60,346 nucleotides of DNA from a virus: IMG/VR virus record IMGVR_UViG_3300031825_000012, positions 1-60,346 of that record; one strand, 5' to 3'. A program made the translations under genes and the position numbers. Every line of letters starts with the position of its first letter. Position 1 is the first letter of the stretch. The notes under the pieces are model-generated. The model saw only the letters and a program-made list of their open reading frames with translations, was not told the origin of the DNA and ran no database searches. Shown here piece by piece: positions 51,432-59,725 of the stretch.

Positions 51432-52466
51432 CTAGTCTGCTATCCATACTGGAAAATCGACCGAATCGTAGGCTTCGATTTCTGTGGGAACGAGCCACGG
51501 GTCGCGGCCAAACGTTTCCCAGCAATGCTTGAACGTCGCCATGGCCTGATCTATTTCGGACTTGGCCAGATCCAGCGTGAGGCCGCTTGGCAACGTGAAG
51601 CCCTGAGCGAGAGGGGCAATGCCCTTGCGCTGGACAACCCATAGCCATTGATGGTCGTCGCAGGCGCAGACGCCTTGAAGGAACGGCTTATCAACCTCGC
51701 CGAATACACGACTCTCGCGGATGAACCCCTGCGCGATCTTCACGGCATCGAGATAGAGCCGCGCCTGAATGTGATATTTGTAAGTGGCGATCGAGCGGGC
51801 GAACGCCTTCTTTAGCGGAATACCGAGCGAGTCCTCGACGGTCTTCAGATCGACCACGGCCTTGCGCTTCAGATAGTCCAGACGCGCCTTGCACGGCACC
51901 CCGGACTCTTCGTCGCGCCAGATGATGCTGACCTGCGGGTAGCCTCCGGTGAATGCCTTGGATAGTTGGGGATGCATTTCAATGAAGGCCGCGGCATATT
52001 CGATCTTCTTGATGAGGTCTGCCGGCAGGAATTCCTTGCCGTCATGCGCGGCCTCGTAATCGGCCTTGACCAACTCCCACAGTCTGGCCCTGATGGTCGG
52101 GTCATCCTCCAGGAGCCGCGCGATCAGCTCGGCCTTATTGCCGCCGATCTTCAGTTCCCGCCGCGCCAGCTCGGCCTTCAGGTCGTCATTCGTGACCAGC
52201 ATTCCATCGCCAGGCGTGATCGAGGGCGCATAGAGGGCGTCGAACACTGCCTTGCCCTCGATGATGCGCTTGTCGTAGGCGCGCCCCACCTTCAACGCCT
52301 CTGTATCGCTATCCTCATACTCGGGGTTGAGTTTGCTCCGCGCCCAGAAATCCAATGGGCTAATACGCAAGTTCTTGATCCCAGACGACGACAGGGCGAA
52401 CAGGCCATGATAATCGGCGTCACTGAGCCCGAAATGAATCCCCGGCGGAATTTCGATATCCTCCAT
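51432..52466 (-). CDS. PD-(D/E)xK exonuclease (RecE/exonuclease VIII C-terminal-like) (344 aa)
   Basis: GLSDADYH...SSSGIKNL...KARLDYL...VVDLKTV pattern. Partner position next to recT. Internal ATG with a GAGGA RBS. Confidence 0.7.
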   Translation of the reverse strand: MEDIEIPPGIHFGLSDADYHGLFALSSSGIKNLRISPLDFWARSKLNPEYEDSDTEALKVGRAYDKRIIEGKAVFDALYAPSITPGDGMLVTNDDLKAELARRELKIGGNKAELIARLLEDDPTIRARLWELVKADYEAAHDGKEFLPADLIKKIEYAAAFIEMHPQLSKAFTGGYPQVSIIWRDEESGVPCKARLDYLKRKAVVDLKTVEDSLGIPLKKAFARSIATYKYHIQARLYLDAVKIAQGFIRESRVFGEVDKPFLQGVCACDDHQWLWVVQRKGIAPLAQGFTLPSGLTLDLAKSEIDQAMATFKHCWETFGRDPWLVPTEIEAYDSVDFPVWIAD

Positions 52467-52509
52467 CACGCCGTCCTCGCTGACTGTCCGATATCTCGAG
52501 CGCAGACGG

Positions 52510-52752
52510 TCATGGCTTGGCTCGCTGGCGAAGGGCAGCGGCAATCTCGCCAATTGCATATCCCACCGAACAGTCCGAATAGGTTTCTGCCATGCCCTCT
52601 ATTTCGCCCGCCGCCTCCTCCCACACAGCCGATGCAGGGCGCCAGCCGGCGGTGACTACATAATCGGCGATGCACCGCAACTGGATTGCAGATATATTTG
52701 GGAATCGACAATTGTTGAGAATTGCGACCAATCTCTCCCGCTCCTCACTCAT
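52510..52752 (-). CDS. Hypothetical protein (80 aa)
   Basis: ORF track. Confidence 0.5.
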   Translation of the reverse strand: MSEERERLVAILNNCRFPNISAIQLRCIADYVVTAGWRPASAVWEEAAGEIEGMAETYSDCSVGYAIGEIAAALRQRAKP

Positions 52753-52949
52753 CTCCGCACCTGTGTATGCTGCGCCGCATTGGCTGCGAGACGGTCCAGT
52801 CTCGCGAGTGATGCCCGTAGGCCGATGCCGTGGAGCTTCGGGCGTGTGGCTTCGTAATCGGCACGGGCTCTCGCAACACGTTCTTCGAGATCACGGAAGG
52901 CCGGCCATTGGCGGCAATGGGCGAGTTGATGCGGGCCGAGATGGGTCAT
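52749..52949 (-). CDS. Hypothetical protein (66 aa)
   Basis: ORF track. Confidence 0.45.
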   Translation of the reverse strand: MTHLGPHQLAHCRQWPAFRDLEERVARARADYEATRPKLHGIGLRASLARLDRLAANAAQHTQVRR

Positions 52950-53236
52950 GATAAAATCTCCAGTTCCGCATCAATGACCGCCTTCAGTTGGTCCACTTTT
53001 TTACCAACCATTTGAAGAGCCATTCTCTGCGCCTCTTCTGCATTCGATGGCTGAGGTGCTAGCGGTTCTGCGTTGAACCACGGATCACAAGTCACGACCC
53101 AAACTCCAGGGTAGTAAAGATGGCTGCTGAGAACAGTGATCCGAGCGCAGTCCCGAATAGTCATTGACCAGCATGTCGGCGTCCGCATCCGATCATCGCG
53201 CGAATATGACGTGGTATCCTTCCAAGCGCCCATCAC
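52946..53236 (-). CDS. Hypothetical protein (96 aa)
   Basis: ORF track. Confidence 0.5.
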   Translation of the reverse strand: MMGAWKDTTSYSRDDRMRTPTCWSMTIRDCARITVLSSHLYYPGVWVVTCDPWFNAEPLAPQPSNAEEAQRMALQMVGKKVDQLKAVIDAELEILS

Positions 53237-53300
53237 CGCTCTCCCGTCTCTGATGCTGCGTCGTACATGGCTATGGGGATCAGGAAGGCGAGGGCGTTGG

Positions 53301-53663
53301 TCATGGCGCGATAAGCTCCGCTAGTTCCGCATAGTGATATGCGACCTCGGTATATCCGCAGGAATGTCCAAGTTCCCATGCGATCTCATAGAGTTTTCCG
53401 GCCTTGGGGTGGCCGCATGTGCCGTACTCGGCCTCTAGGTCAGCACGGAAAAGATCGTTAAGCCGCCCCTGCTCTGTTTCATATTTGTCGAGCTGATCTC
53501 GGGCGCGCTGTTTCTCCCGCTCTTTGTGTTCCCGCGCTTGACGAACGGTCATTACGTCCTCGTCAATGGGAATTGAAGAGACACTATGAGGTATTCGGTT
53601 TTCGTATCGCCCAGCCTTAATTGCGTCCAACACGCTCCCGAATTCCATGCTGTCGCCCATCAC
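53301..53663 (-). CDS. Hypothetical protein (120 aa)
   Basis: ORF track. Confidence 0.55.
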   Translation of the reverse strand: MMGDSMEFGSVLDAIKAGRYENRIPHSVSSIPIDEDVMTVRQAREHKEREKQRARDQLDKYETEQGRLNDLFRADLEAEYGTCGHPKAGKLYEIAWELGHSCGYTEVAYHYAELAELIAP

Positions 53664-53980
53664 TTCCCTCCCTCTCCATCGTCACTCCGGTAGGAGTCGT
53701 ACATGGCGCGCCAGATTTCGGCGGCTTGCGGCAGCCCAATTGTCACAGGGTCGCGTTTCTGCTGTTCCCACATTTTGGTCGCGCCCTCCCGCTGCATATT
53801 CTTCCAACCGCTTTCGTCGCCGGTCGGCTCTCTCGGCATCATCTTGAAGCCCTTGGCGCGCATGGCGTCGAGATAGGCGACGATTAGGTCGCGGTTATAT
53901 TCCTGTGCGGTATCCGCAAAGTAGGTGCGCCCGCTAACTGCGCTCTGCGCCTTCTCCAGCGCATCGCGATCAATTGCCAT
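53660..53980 (-). CDS. Hypothetical protein (106 aa)
   Basis: Internal ATG of ORF 53660..54127 with an AAGGAG RBS. Confidence 0.5.
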   Translation of the reverse strand: MAIDRDALEKAQSAVSGRTYFADTAQEYNRDLIVAYLDAMRAKGFKMMPREPTGDESGWKNMQREGATKMWEQQKRDPVTIGLPQAAEIWRAMYDSYRSDDGEGGK

Positions 53981-54158
53981 CTTTGGACTCCTTGGCGACG
54001 GTGAGGCGGTCGAATTCGCGAATAATCGCGGCACGGCGCTCATCCTCGATGCAGGGCAAGAACTCACGCTTGCCTGCCAGCAATTCACGAAGCTGCCTAC
54101 GCGCCATGATGCGAATCTTCGTATCAATCTGCCGCAGCCGTTGCGCGCCAGTAATCAC
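53970..54158 (-). CDS. Hypothetical small protein (62 aa; GTG start in a GTGA overlap)
   Basis: Within ORF 53970..54191; GGGAGGGG upstream. Confidence 0.35.
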   Translation of the reverse strand: MITGAQRLRQIDTKIRIMARRQLRELLAGKREFLPCIEDERRAAIIREFDRLTVAKESKDGN

Positions 54159-54397
54159 CTCACCCCTCCCTCGATCACCACAGGCACCCATCCCCGCCTC
54201 GGCATTGGGATGAGCGTCCCAATTACCGGCGGACTCGTTTCGAGATTGCAGACATGCGTCTCAACGTTTCCGCCGTACACGGGGCAATAGAGACGGGCCA
54301 TACGCCCGCCGGAGCCGGACTGGTAATACAACTCCGATATCTCGTATTGACGGCCACGGAAGTAGGCGATCTGGCCTTCTCTGTATGTGTCGGTCAT
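54155..54397 (-). CDS. Hypothetical protein (80 aa)
   Basis: ORF track. Confidence 0.5.
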   Translation of the reverse strand: MTDTYREGQIAYFRGRQYEISELYYQSGSGGRMARLYCPVYGGNVETHVCNLETSPPVIGTLIPMPRRGWVPVVIEGGVR

Positions 54398-54606
54398 GGG
54401 TTGGACTCCGCAGAGGCGATGGCGTCTCTGACCATATTTAGGCCTCCGGTAATCGTTCTGATCGCCGTCGCTTTCGAGGCGCCAGTCTCAAGATCAATCT
54501 TGGCATTCAGCAGATAGCCTTGTGCGGCATTCAGCGCTTTCAGCAGCATGTCGATCTTCGCCTGCTCCAGCGTCCGGAGCGGGGCGTTCAATGCGGGGCT
54601 TGTCAT
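54394..54606 (-). CDS. Hypothetical protein (70 aa)
   Basis: ORF track. Confidence 0.5.
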   Translation of the reverse strand: MTSPALNAPLRTLEQAKIDMLLKALNAAQGYLLNAKIDLETGASKATAIRTITGGLNMVRDAIASAESNP

Positions 54607-54842
54607 GACGCCCTCCGCTGATAGCTGATATCGCGAACGTCGATGATCTCTGCGGTCCCGTCCGACTTACGCCAGATCGTCTCGTGATAGGCGTAGCCGG
54701 TCATGCCGTTCTGTGCGTCCTCGATGGCATCGTCGAGCGTGTCGAACCGCTCAGGACACAGAGACTTGTTGCCGGGATAGCGATACCAAATATTGACGAA
54801 ATACTCCGCACGTGTCGTCTCTACCGGTCCGATGTCTGGCAT
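54603..54842 (-). CDS. Hypothetical protein (79 aa), N-terminus MPDIG
   Basis: ORF track. Shares an 18-nt start-junction repeat with the next gene. Confidence 0.5.
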   Translation of the reverse strand: MPDIGPVETTRAEYFVNIWYRYPGNKSLCPERFDTLDDAIEDAQNGMTGYAYHETIWRKSDGTAEIIDVRDISYQRRAS

Positions 54843-54843
54843 G

Positions 54844-55044
54844 TCAGAAACTCCCCGCTGCGGCAGTCAAATGACGGCCGAGTTCTGATGCCTGCTCTGG
54901 CTGGAGGTGCAGCACAATGCTATTGCCGCCCAACGTGACGGTGAGCGTGACGATCTGGCCGTAACCTTCCGAGGATTCGATGACGAATGTTTCTGGACCG
55001 ATGTCTCCGAACACTTCGCCGTGATATTTCACGATGTCTGGCAT
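54844..55044 (-). CDS. Hypothetical protein (66 aa), N-terminus MPDIV
   Basis: Internal ATG of ORF 54844..55104 with an AGGAG RBS. Confidence 0.5.
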   Translation of the reverse strand: MPDIVKYHGEVFGDIGPETFVIESSEGYGQIVTLTVTLGGNSIVLHLQPEQASELGRHLTAAAGSF

Positions 55045-55045
55045 G

Positions 55046-55360
55046 TCAGGAGACTCCTGTGAGCTTGTTCGCGATCCGCCGGCAGATGGCGCGCTGGGCA
55101 TCATCTTCGATCCCCAAGGATACTGGTTGCTCTCCGGTTACGATCTCGGCGGCATAGGCGAGGACCGCGCCCGCCTTACGCTTGTATGCCTCTCGCACAT
55201 ATTCGTCTTCGTCGTCCCATGTTCTGCGGTCACGGCGAAAATTGACTGTCCCATCTGGCGCCGCGTACCACGCGCGAAACGCCGCCTCTTCCAGCACGCT
55301 ATTGGCCATGGGGTCCTCCGGTGCGATGCGAACGAATCGTCTTATCGGCCATTCGCTCAT
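55046..55360 (-). CDS. Hypothetical protein (104 aa)
   Basis: Internal ATG of ORF 55046..55537 with an AGGAGGGG RBS. Confidence 0.5.
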   Translation of the reverse strand: MSEWPIRRFVRIAPEDPMANSVLEEAAFRAWYAAPDGTVNFRRDRRTWDDEDEYVREAYKRKAGAVLAYAAEIVTGEQPVSLGIEDDAQRAICRRIANKLTGVS

Positions 55361-55361
55361 A

Positions 55362-55598
55362 TCACTTCCCCTCCTGTATGGCGCGGGCGATGGCGGCACG
55401 AAATCTGCCGAGCGCCAAGCCAGCCCAATTTTCGAGTGACCCGTGCAGATGCCCATCCTGATAGTCGGATAGATCGCGCTCCGCATCCACCAGCGCCCGC
55501 AGCAGCTCGTCGGCGATCTCGGCGGAGACGGCTTCATAACCCCCGCGCGCTCCGATCCACTGGCGCCCGTTCGTCACCTTGATCTGTTCGTCGCTCAT
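55362..55598 (-). CDS. Hypothetical protein (78 aa)
   Basis: Internal ATG of ORF 55362..55796 with a GAGAGGA RBS. Confidence 0.5.
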   Translation of the reverse strand: MSDEQIKVTNGRQWIGARGGYEAVSAEIADELLRALVDAERDLSDYQDGHLHGSLENWAGLALGRFRAAIARAIQEGK

Positions 55599-55618
55599 TG
55601 TGTCCTCTCTATGGGGCG

Positions 55619-55774
55619 TTAGACGGTGCGGAGTTTCGCGCGGTTGCTTCGATCTTTCTTCGTTCGAACATCGCGTAATTCGGCATATCCCGGCGACTTC
55701 GCATCCGGCGCGCCGCGCAGAAAAGCATCGAGTTGTCGGCGGCGTTTGCGTTCCGGAAAATTCTTCGGCTTCAT
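55619..55774 (-). CDS. Possible small basic protein (51 aa)
   Basis: Own translation: MKPKNFPERKRRRQLDAFLRGAPDAKSPGYAELRDVRTKKDRSNRAKLRTV; AGGAGAGAG RBS. Confidence 0.35.
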   Translation of the reverse strand: MKPKNFPERKRRRQLDAFLRGAPDAKSPGYAELRDVRTKKDRSNRAKLRTV

Positions 55775-55870
55775 CTCTCTCTCCTATATCTGGCACTCAC
55801 GGCAGCTCCATCGCTCCGACAGTCATGGCCGCTATAAGGAGCCAGCCGAGCGCGGCGGATAGGCGGGCGT

Positions 55871-57055
55871 TCACAAGGGCCTCCCGGTGATGCGCTCGCC
55901 GAAGGTGACGAGTTGGTTCAACAGGTGCTCCTGCATCCCCCGGCTGCAGTCATCGAGGTTGTGCCGCAGATGGATGTATTCCTCGATCAGTGTGGCCGCG
56001 AGTTGTTTGGTCCCGAGGATGAAGTTCTGGCGGGCGATGTAGATTTTCCCCGTGCGAGCCATGCCAAGGACGCCGGCGCCCAGGCCGTCAACGGTGACTA
56101 CGGGATAGTCGGCAATGGAGAAGCCGAATTGCGCGCAAAAGGCCATCGCGCGGTCGAGCATGATCTGCTCGAAGGCGTCGAGATCGAACGGCTCGGGCTC
56201 CGCGCGGCTCTTGGAGTGTTTCTCCCAGACCTTACGGGCGGACGTGTTCAGCAGAGCGAAGTTCTTGCGGATGAGCTCGCCGACGACAGACAGGAAAACC
56301 GGGCTGGGTTTAACTCCCGACCAGTCGTAATCGGCGCAGCCCTCATGTGCCGCATCCGGGGCAGTGACGGCGGCCCGCACAATTTCGGCATCATCACAGC
56401 CGGTAATGATCCGCGCGATCATATAATCGACCATGTAGCTGTTCTTGGCCGTCCGATCCTCGGTCAGTTCCAGTGAGTCGGTGATGTTGTAGCTGTAGAG
56501 CATGGGCTTGCCACTGCCGACGCAGCCAACCAGCACGCCCCGGTAATAGATACCGTGCGACGGGCCGCTATGGATGTCCCCGGTCGGACCCTCGTAGAGC
56601 GGGTTGCCGGTGAGAAAATACTTGTGATGTTCGCGGCGCACGATCGCGAACTCGTCGCCCTCAACAATAACGCGGGTCAGGCCGGCGATCGGTTTTGGAG
56701 TCTCGCCCTCATAGACCTTGCCGTGCTCGTCCTGGCAGTTGCAGAACAACTCACGATAGGCCATCCACAGCTTCCACGTTTTCCCGACCTCGGCGGTGAA
56801 GCCCATGGGCTGGCCGTCCATGGCGACGAAATCGAAGCTCTTGCCGCGAATGACCGCAGGCTGAAGCGAGAATTCGTGGACCTCCAAGCCGCTCTGGATT
56901 GTGACCTTGTGGCCAGTGCGCAGCAGGATCGCCAGCGCATACTTGAGGCCGGTTCCAAAGAACCCGATGGCGTCGTTGCCATCCTTGACGTTCACGCCGA
57001 ATGTCGAGATCAGGCGGCGATCGATCTCGCCTTCATTTTCGAAGATGACAGCCAT
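55871..57055 (-). CDS. Unknown 394-aa early protein (largest gene of the leftward operon)
   Basis: ORF track. Local resemblances only: AIGFFGTGLKYALAIL (GHKL G2-loop-like), RELFCNCQDE, and C-terminal IEEYIHLRH. Confidence 0.7.
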   Translation of the reverse strand: MAVIFENEGEIDRRLISTFGVNVKDGNDAIGFFGTGLKYALAILLRTGHKVTIQSGLEVHEFSLQPAVIRGKSFDFVAMDGQPMGFTAEVGKTWKLWMAYRELFCNCQDEHGKVYEGETPKPIAGLTRVIVEGDEFAIVRREHHKYFLTGNPLYEGPTGDIHSGPSHGIYYRGVLVGCVGSGKPMLYSYNITDSLELTEDRTAKNSYMVDYMIARIITGCDDAEIVRAAVTAPDAAHEGCADYDWSGVKPSPVFLSVVGELIRKNFALLNTSARKVWEKHSKSRAEPEPFDLDAFEQIMLDRAMAFCAQFGFSIADYPVVTVDGLGAGVLGMARTGKIYIARQNFILGTKQLAATLIEEYIHLRHNLDDCSRGMQEHLLNQLVTFGERITGRPL

Positions 57056-57348
57056 TATCGTTCCTCCTGGCCGAGCGCCTTGGCGAGGGCGCGCTCGATC
57101 TGATCGACATTGGCCTGTGCCTTTTTTGCGAACATCGGATCAATGTGGTCGCGCGCCCATTCAACCAGCGGCTTTACATTGCTGAGCGCCTTCACCAGAT
57201 CGGGCGCGGCGGCGATCAGGCGGGCATTAGTGCTCCAATTACGCCTGTTCTCATCAACCTCAGGAATGCGCGCAATTACGCCATCCTTGTGGAAGACTGA
57301 ATCGCTGTCGGCGAACCAAGGCCCCGGCGTATATTCCCGTGCCATCAC
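57055..57348 (-). CDS. Hypothetical protein (97 aa)
   Basis: ORF track. The GPW....NARLIAAAPDL motif is common in prophage early genes. Confidence 0.55.
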   Translation of the reverse strand: MMAREYTPGPWFADSDSVFHKDGVIARIPEVDENRRNWSTNARLIAAAPDLVKALSNVKPLVEWARDHIDPMFAKKAQANVDQIERALAKALGQEER

Positions 57349-57527
57349 GCCACCTCGGCCTTGGCGAGGACGGTGGAGAGGATCGTGCGAAGCCGATTGA
57401 CAGAGGCGGGCGGCAGCGCGATCTCGATACCGGCGATCGGATGGCGCAAAACAATCTCTTCACCCGAGCCAGTTCTGCTGAACTGAGCAAACCAACCCTG
57501 TCCAATCTCGTGAGTTACGGAGGCCAT
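57345..57527 (-). CDS. Hypothetical protein (60 aa), first gene of the leftward operon
   Basis: ORF track. Confidence 0.5.
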   Translation of the reverse strand: MASVTHEIGQGWFAQFSRTGSGEEIVLRHPIAGIEIALPPASVNRLRTILSTVLAKAEVA

Positions 57528-57665
57528 CGATCTCTCCCTCTCCGCTCTTCTCAGGTCAGCCCCGCCGCTTGGTGTCCTGCCGCACGACGGGGCTTGGGGC
57601 CTAAAGACTTCGCGGGTGGCGCCGGCCTGGGGCTCGGCGGTAGGCCGACTATCGGGCTACGGGAG

Positions 57666-57717
57666 TACGTATATACGCAGGCGTATACGCATGCAAGCAG
57701 AAAATGCACCGACGTAT
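57666..57717. promoter_or_regulatory. Left operator/promoter cluster: overlapping palindromes around TATACGCAGGCGTATA (57672-57687) plus ATGCACCGACGTAT (57704-57717)
   Basis: Read directly. On the minus strand, TTGCAT-N17-TATACG overlaps the palindromes (candidate PL). Confidence 0.5.
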
Positions 57718-58198
57718 ATTTTTCTTGTCATGGGACGCCTCGCTATCGAATTCGGCGCCATGCCCCTACATTCCGGCTGTGCGCTGGACAGCTTTGATCG
57801 CAACGATTTGGTTAATGACTGCTCCGGCCGTGGCCCAAGACTACGCCTGGCCGGTTCTGGACGTGGTGGATGGCGACACCCTGAGGGTGCGGCTGCCAGG
57901 CCTCCCTGACGAGCTACAGCCGCTATCTGTGCGGGTGAGGGGGGTCGATGCCCCCGAGGCCGGGAGTCATGCTCGGTGCGCCCTGGAGCGCGATTGGGCC
58001 GCCAGAGCGACAGCCGGACTCGACGCCCTGGTGCTGCGGTCGGGCGCCGTGACCTTCCGGGATCCACGCTGGGACAAATATGGGGGTAGGGTAGACGCCA
58101 CGGTCCTGCTCAATGGGCAGGACATCGGGCCGCTTATGATCGAGGCGGGTTGGGCGCGAGCCTATTCAGGCGGGGCTCGTAAGCCGTGGTGCCGATAG
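57704..58198 (+). CDS. Secreted staphylococcal-nuclease-like (thermonuclease family) protein (up to 164 aa; probable GTG start at 57779 gives a signal peptide)
   Basis: VVDGDTLRV...VRVRGVDAPE...DKYGGRVDATV...GW.RAY are SNase landmarks. RWTALIATIWLMTAPAVA then QD is a signal peptide. Confidence 0.75.
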   Translation: MHRRIFFLSWDASLSNSAPCPYIPAVRWTALIATIWLMTAPAVAQDYAWPVLDVVDGDTLRVRLPGLPDELQPLSVRVRGVDAPEAGSHARCALERDWAARATAGLDALVLRSGAVTFRDPRWDKYGGRVDATVLLNGQDIGPLMIEAGWARAYSGGARKPWCR

Positions 58199-58211
58199 GG
58201 CCGAGCGCCGG

Positions 58212-58406
58212 CTAGTGGGCAGCGAGGATATATCGGGCCGCCCGGCCAATCAGCCATATAACGACGGCGGCGACCCCATAGAAGATGACCCAGTTGACGG
58301 CCCTCTCGCCGGGAGCCAGTAGCACGAGGATGATGAGGCCAACCAGCAGAACGGCAACAGCGCTAGCCATCCAATAAATGACATTGCCCAGACGCGCCGC
58401 CATCAT
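58212..58406 (-). CDS. Small two-TM membrane protein (64 aa) translationally coupled to the repressor gene
   Basis: The C-terminal part of ORF 58212..58628 from the ATG that overlaps the repressor TGA (ATGA). Confidence 0.55.
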   Translation of the reverse strand: MMAARLGNVIYWMASAVAVLLVGLIILVLLAPGERAVNWVIFYGVAAVVIWLIGRAARYILAAH

Positions 58407-59206
58407 CCCTCCCATTCCCGGTGCGGCACGATACGGTAATACCGCAGCACCCGCTTCATCGGAATCATGAATTCCTTCGCCGGATTGAATTGCCGTAGGA
58501 CAAGCTTCTCCGGTGTTCGGCGCACGAGCTGCTTTACTAGGGCGGCACCGACAGCTTCGCCCTTCTCCGGACGAAGCTCGACCAGGACATAGCAATTGGG
58601 TGTAACGGGCTTCGATGGATTTACCCAAACGGTGTCGCCGGACTCGAACAGCGGCGCCATCGAATCGCCGTCCAGATACAGCCCGAACGCATCCCTCACC
58701 CCCGTCAAAGCAGGAGGCCTGCGATCGTACGCCACTGTCTCACCGTTGAAATAGAATTCTCCTAAGCCGTCGCCGCCGGCCGCAGAGCCCCTGATCGGTA
58801 AGTCTTTGGGCCAATTATGAATATCTGGAGGAGACAGCGGCATTGCGGGCCGCCGAACCTCGTTAGGGATGGGTTCGTCTCCGTAGTCAGGTTCATTGAC
58901 ATCTGTTAACGGCGGATTAATGGCGGTTGTGACAGGCTCGGAACCTTCCCGCTTTGCGACCGTCGGATCGCCGATGAATTCTTCGACGCTCTGCTTGGCC
59001 ATGGCCGCCATGGCCTTAAGGAAGGGGAAATCAGGCATTTGGTCCTGTTTTTCCCAACGAGAGACGGTCGGCTGAGTTGTCCCGAGATGATGGGCAAACT
59101 TCGCCTGATTCATTTTCAGCGACTGCCTTAAGTCGCGAATCCGTCGCGCTAATTCTTTCATGGCGACGGGTATATGCGAGCCCGCATTCTCAGGCAAATA
59201 CGCCAA
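58403..59206 (-). CDS. CI-like repressor: XRE HTH plus S24 (LexA-like) autopeptidase domain (252-267 aa; ATG at 59161 or TTG at 59206)
   Basis: MNQAKFAHHLGTTQPTVSRWEK (HTH); LDGDSMAPLF...LVKQL (Ser/Lys dyad region). Confidence 0.85.
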   Translation of the reverse strand: MAYLPENAGSHIPVAMKELARRIRDLRQSLKMNQAKFAHHLGTTQPTVSRWEKQDQMPDFPFLKAMAAMAKQSVEEFIGDPTVAKREGSEPVTTAINPPLTDVNEPDYGDEPIPNEVRRPAMPLSPPDIHNWPKDLPIRGSAAGGDGLGEFYFNGETVAYDRRPPALTGVRDAFGLYLDGDSMAPLFESGDTVWVNPSKPVTPNCYVLVELRPEKGEAVGAALVKQLVRRTPEKLVLRQFNPAKEFMIPMKRVLRYYRIVPHREWEG

Positions 59207-59244
59207 CGCATTTTCCTCTTGTGTCTAAAAATACGCCGACGTAT
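59198..59244. promoter_or_regulatory. Right operator/promoter region: ATACGCCAACGCAT (59198-59211) and ATACGCCGACGTAT (59231-59244), 33 bp centre to centre. Candidate PR is TTGTGT-N17-TATAAG.
   Basis: Read directly between the divergent repressor and cro-like genes. The -10 ends 8 nt before the cro ATG. Confidence 0.55.
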
Positions 59245-59255
59245 AAGATTGGGTC

Positions 59256-59507
59256 ATGAACCCAATCGCCGTCATCCGAAAGCACGTTTTTGGCCTCCCG
59301 CAGGCTGAATTTGCCGCATGTATTGGCCGCAGCCAGCCCACGGTCAGTCGCTGGGAATCCGGCGAGCTGAAGCCCGATATTTCGGACTTGGCGAGCATCC
59401 GAGAACTTGCGCGAACCCAGCGCCTCGATTGGCGAGATTCGTGGTTCTTCGGCGAGAAAATGCCGCCAGCCAATGACCAACCCAAGAAACGTGCGGGTGC
59501 CGCATGA
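59256..59507 (+). CDS. Cro-like XRE-family HTH protein (83 aa)
   Basis: LPQAEFAACIGRSQPTVSRWESGE; divergent from the repressor. Confidence 0.75.
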   Translation: MNPIAVIRKHVFGLPQAEFAACIGRSQPTVSRWESGELKPDISDLASIRELARTQRLDWRDSWFFGEKMPPANDQPKKRAGAA

Positions 59508-59725
59508 GGCTCAACAATCTCAGCGCCCGGCTTTTGATGAATAAATGGCTCTTGGACCACGGGCACGCGCCAATCTCTGGCGACAAGAGCTACGTCGAAT
59601 TCGCGACTGAGCTTCGACGGCATATCGCCCCCACCTGCATTCAAGCGCCCTTTGTCGAGCGCGCCGACGCTTGCCGCTACATCCGCGAGATGGCATCGCA
59701 ACACGGCGCTCGGAGGGCCGCATGA
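59504..59725 (+). CDS. Hypothetical early protein (73 aa)
   Basis: ORF track; ATGA overlap. Confidence 0.5.
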   Translation: MRLNNLSARLLMNKWLLDHGHAPISGDKSYVEFATELRRHIAPTCIQAPFVERADACRYIREMASQHGARRAA

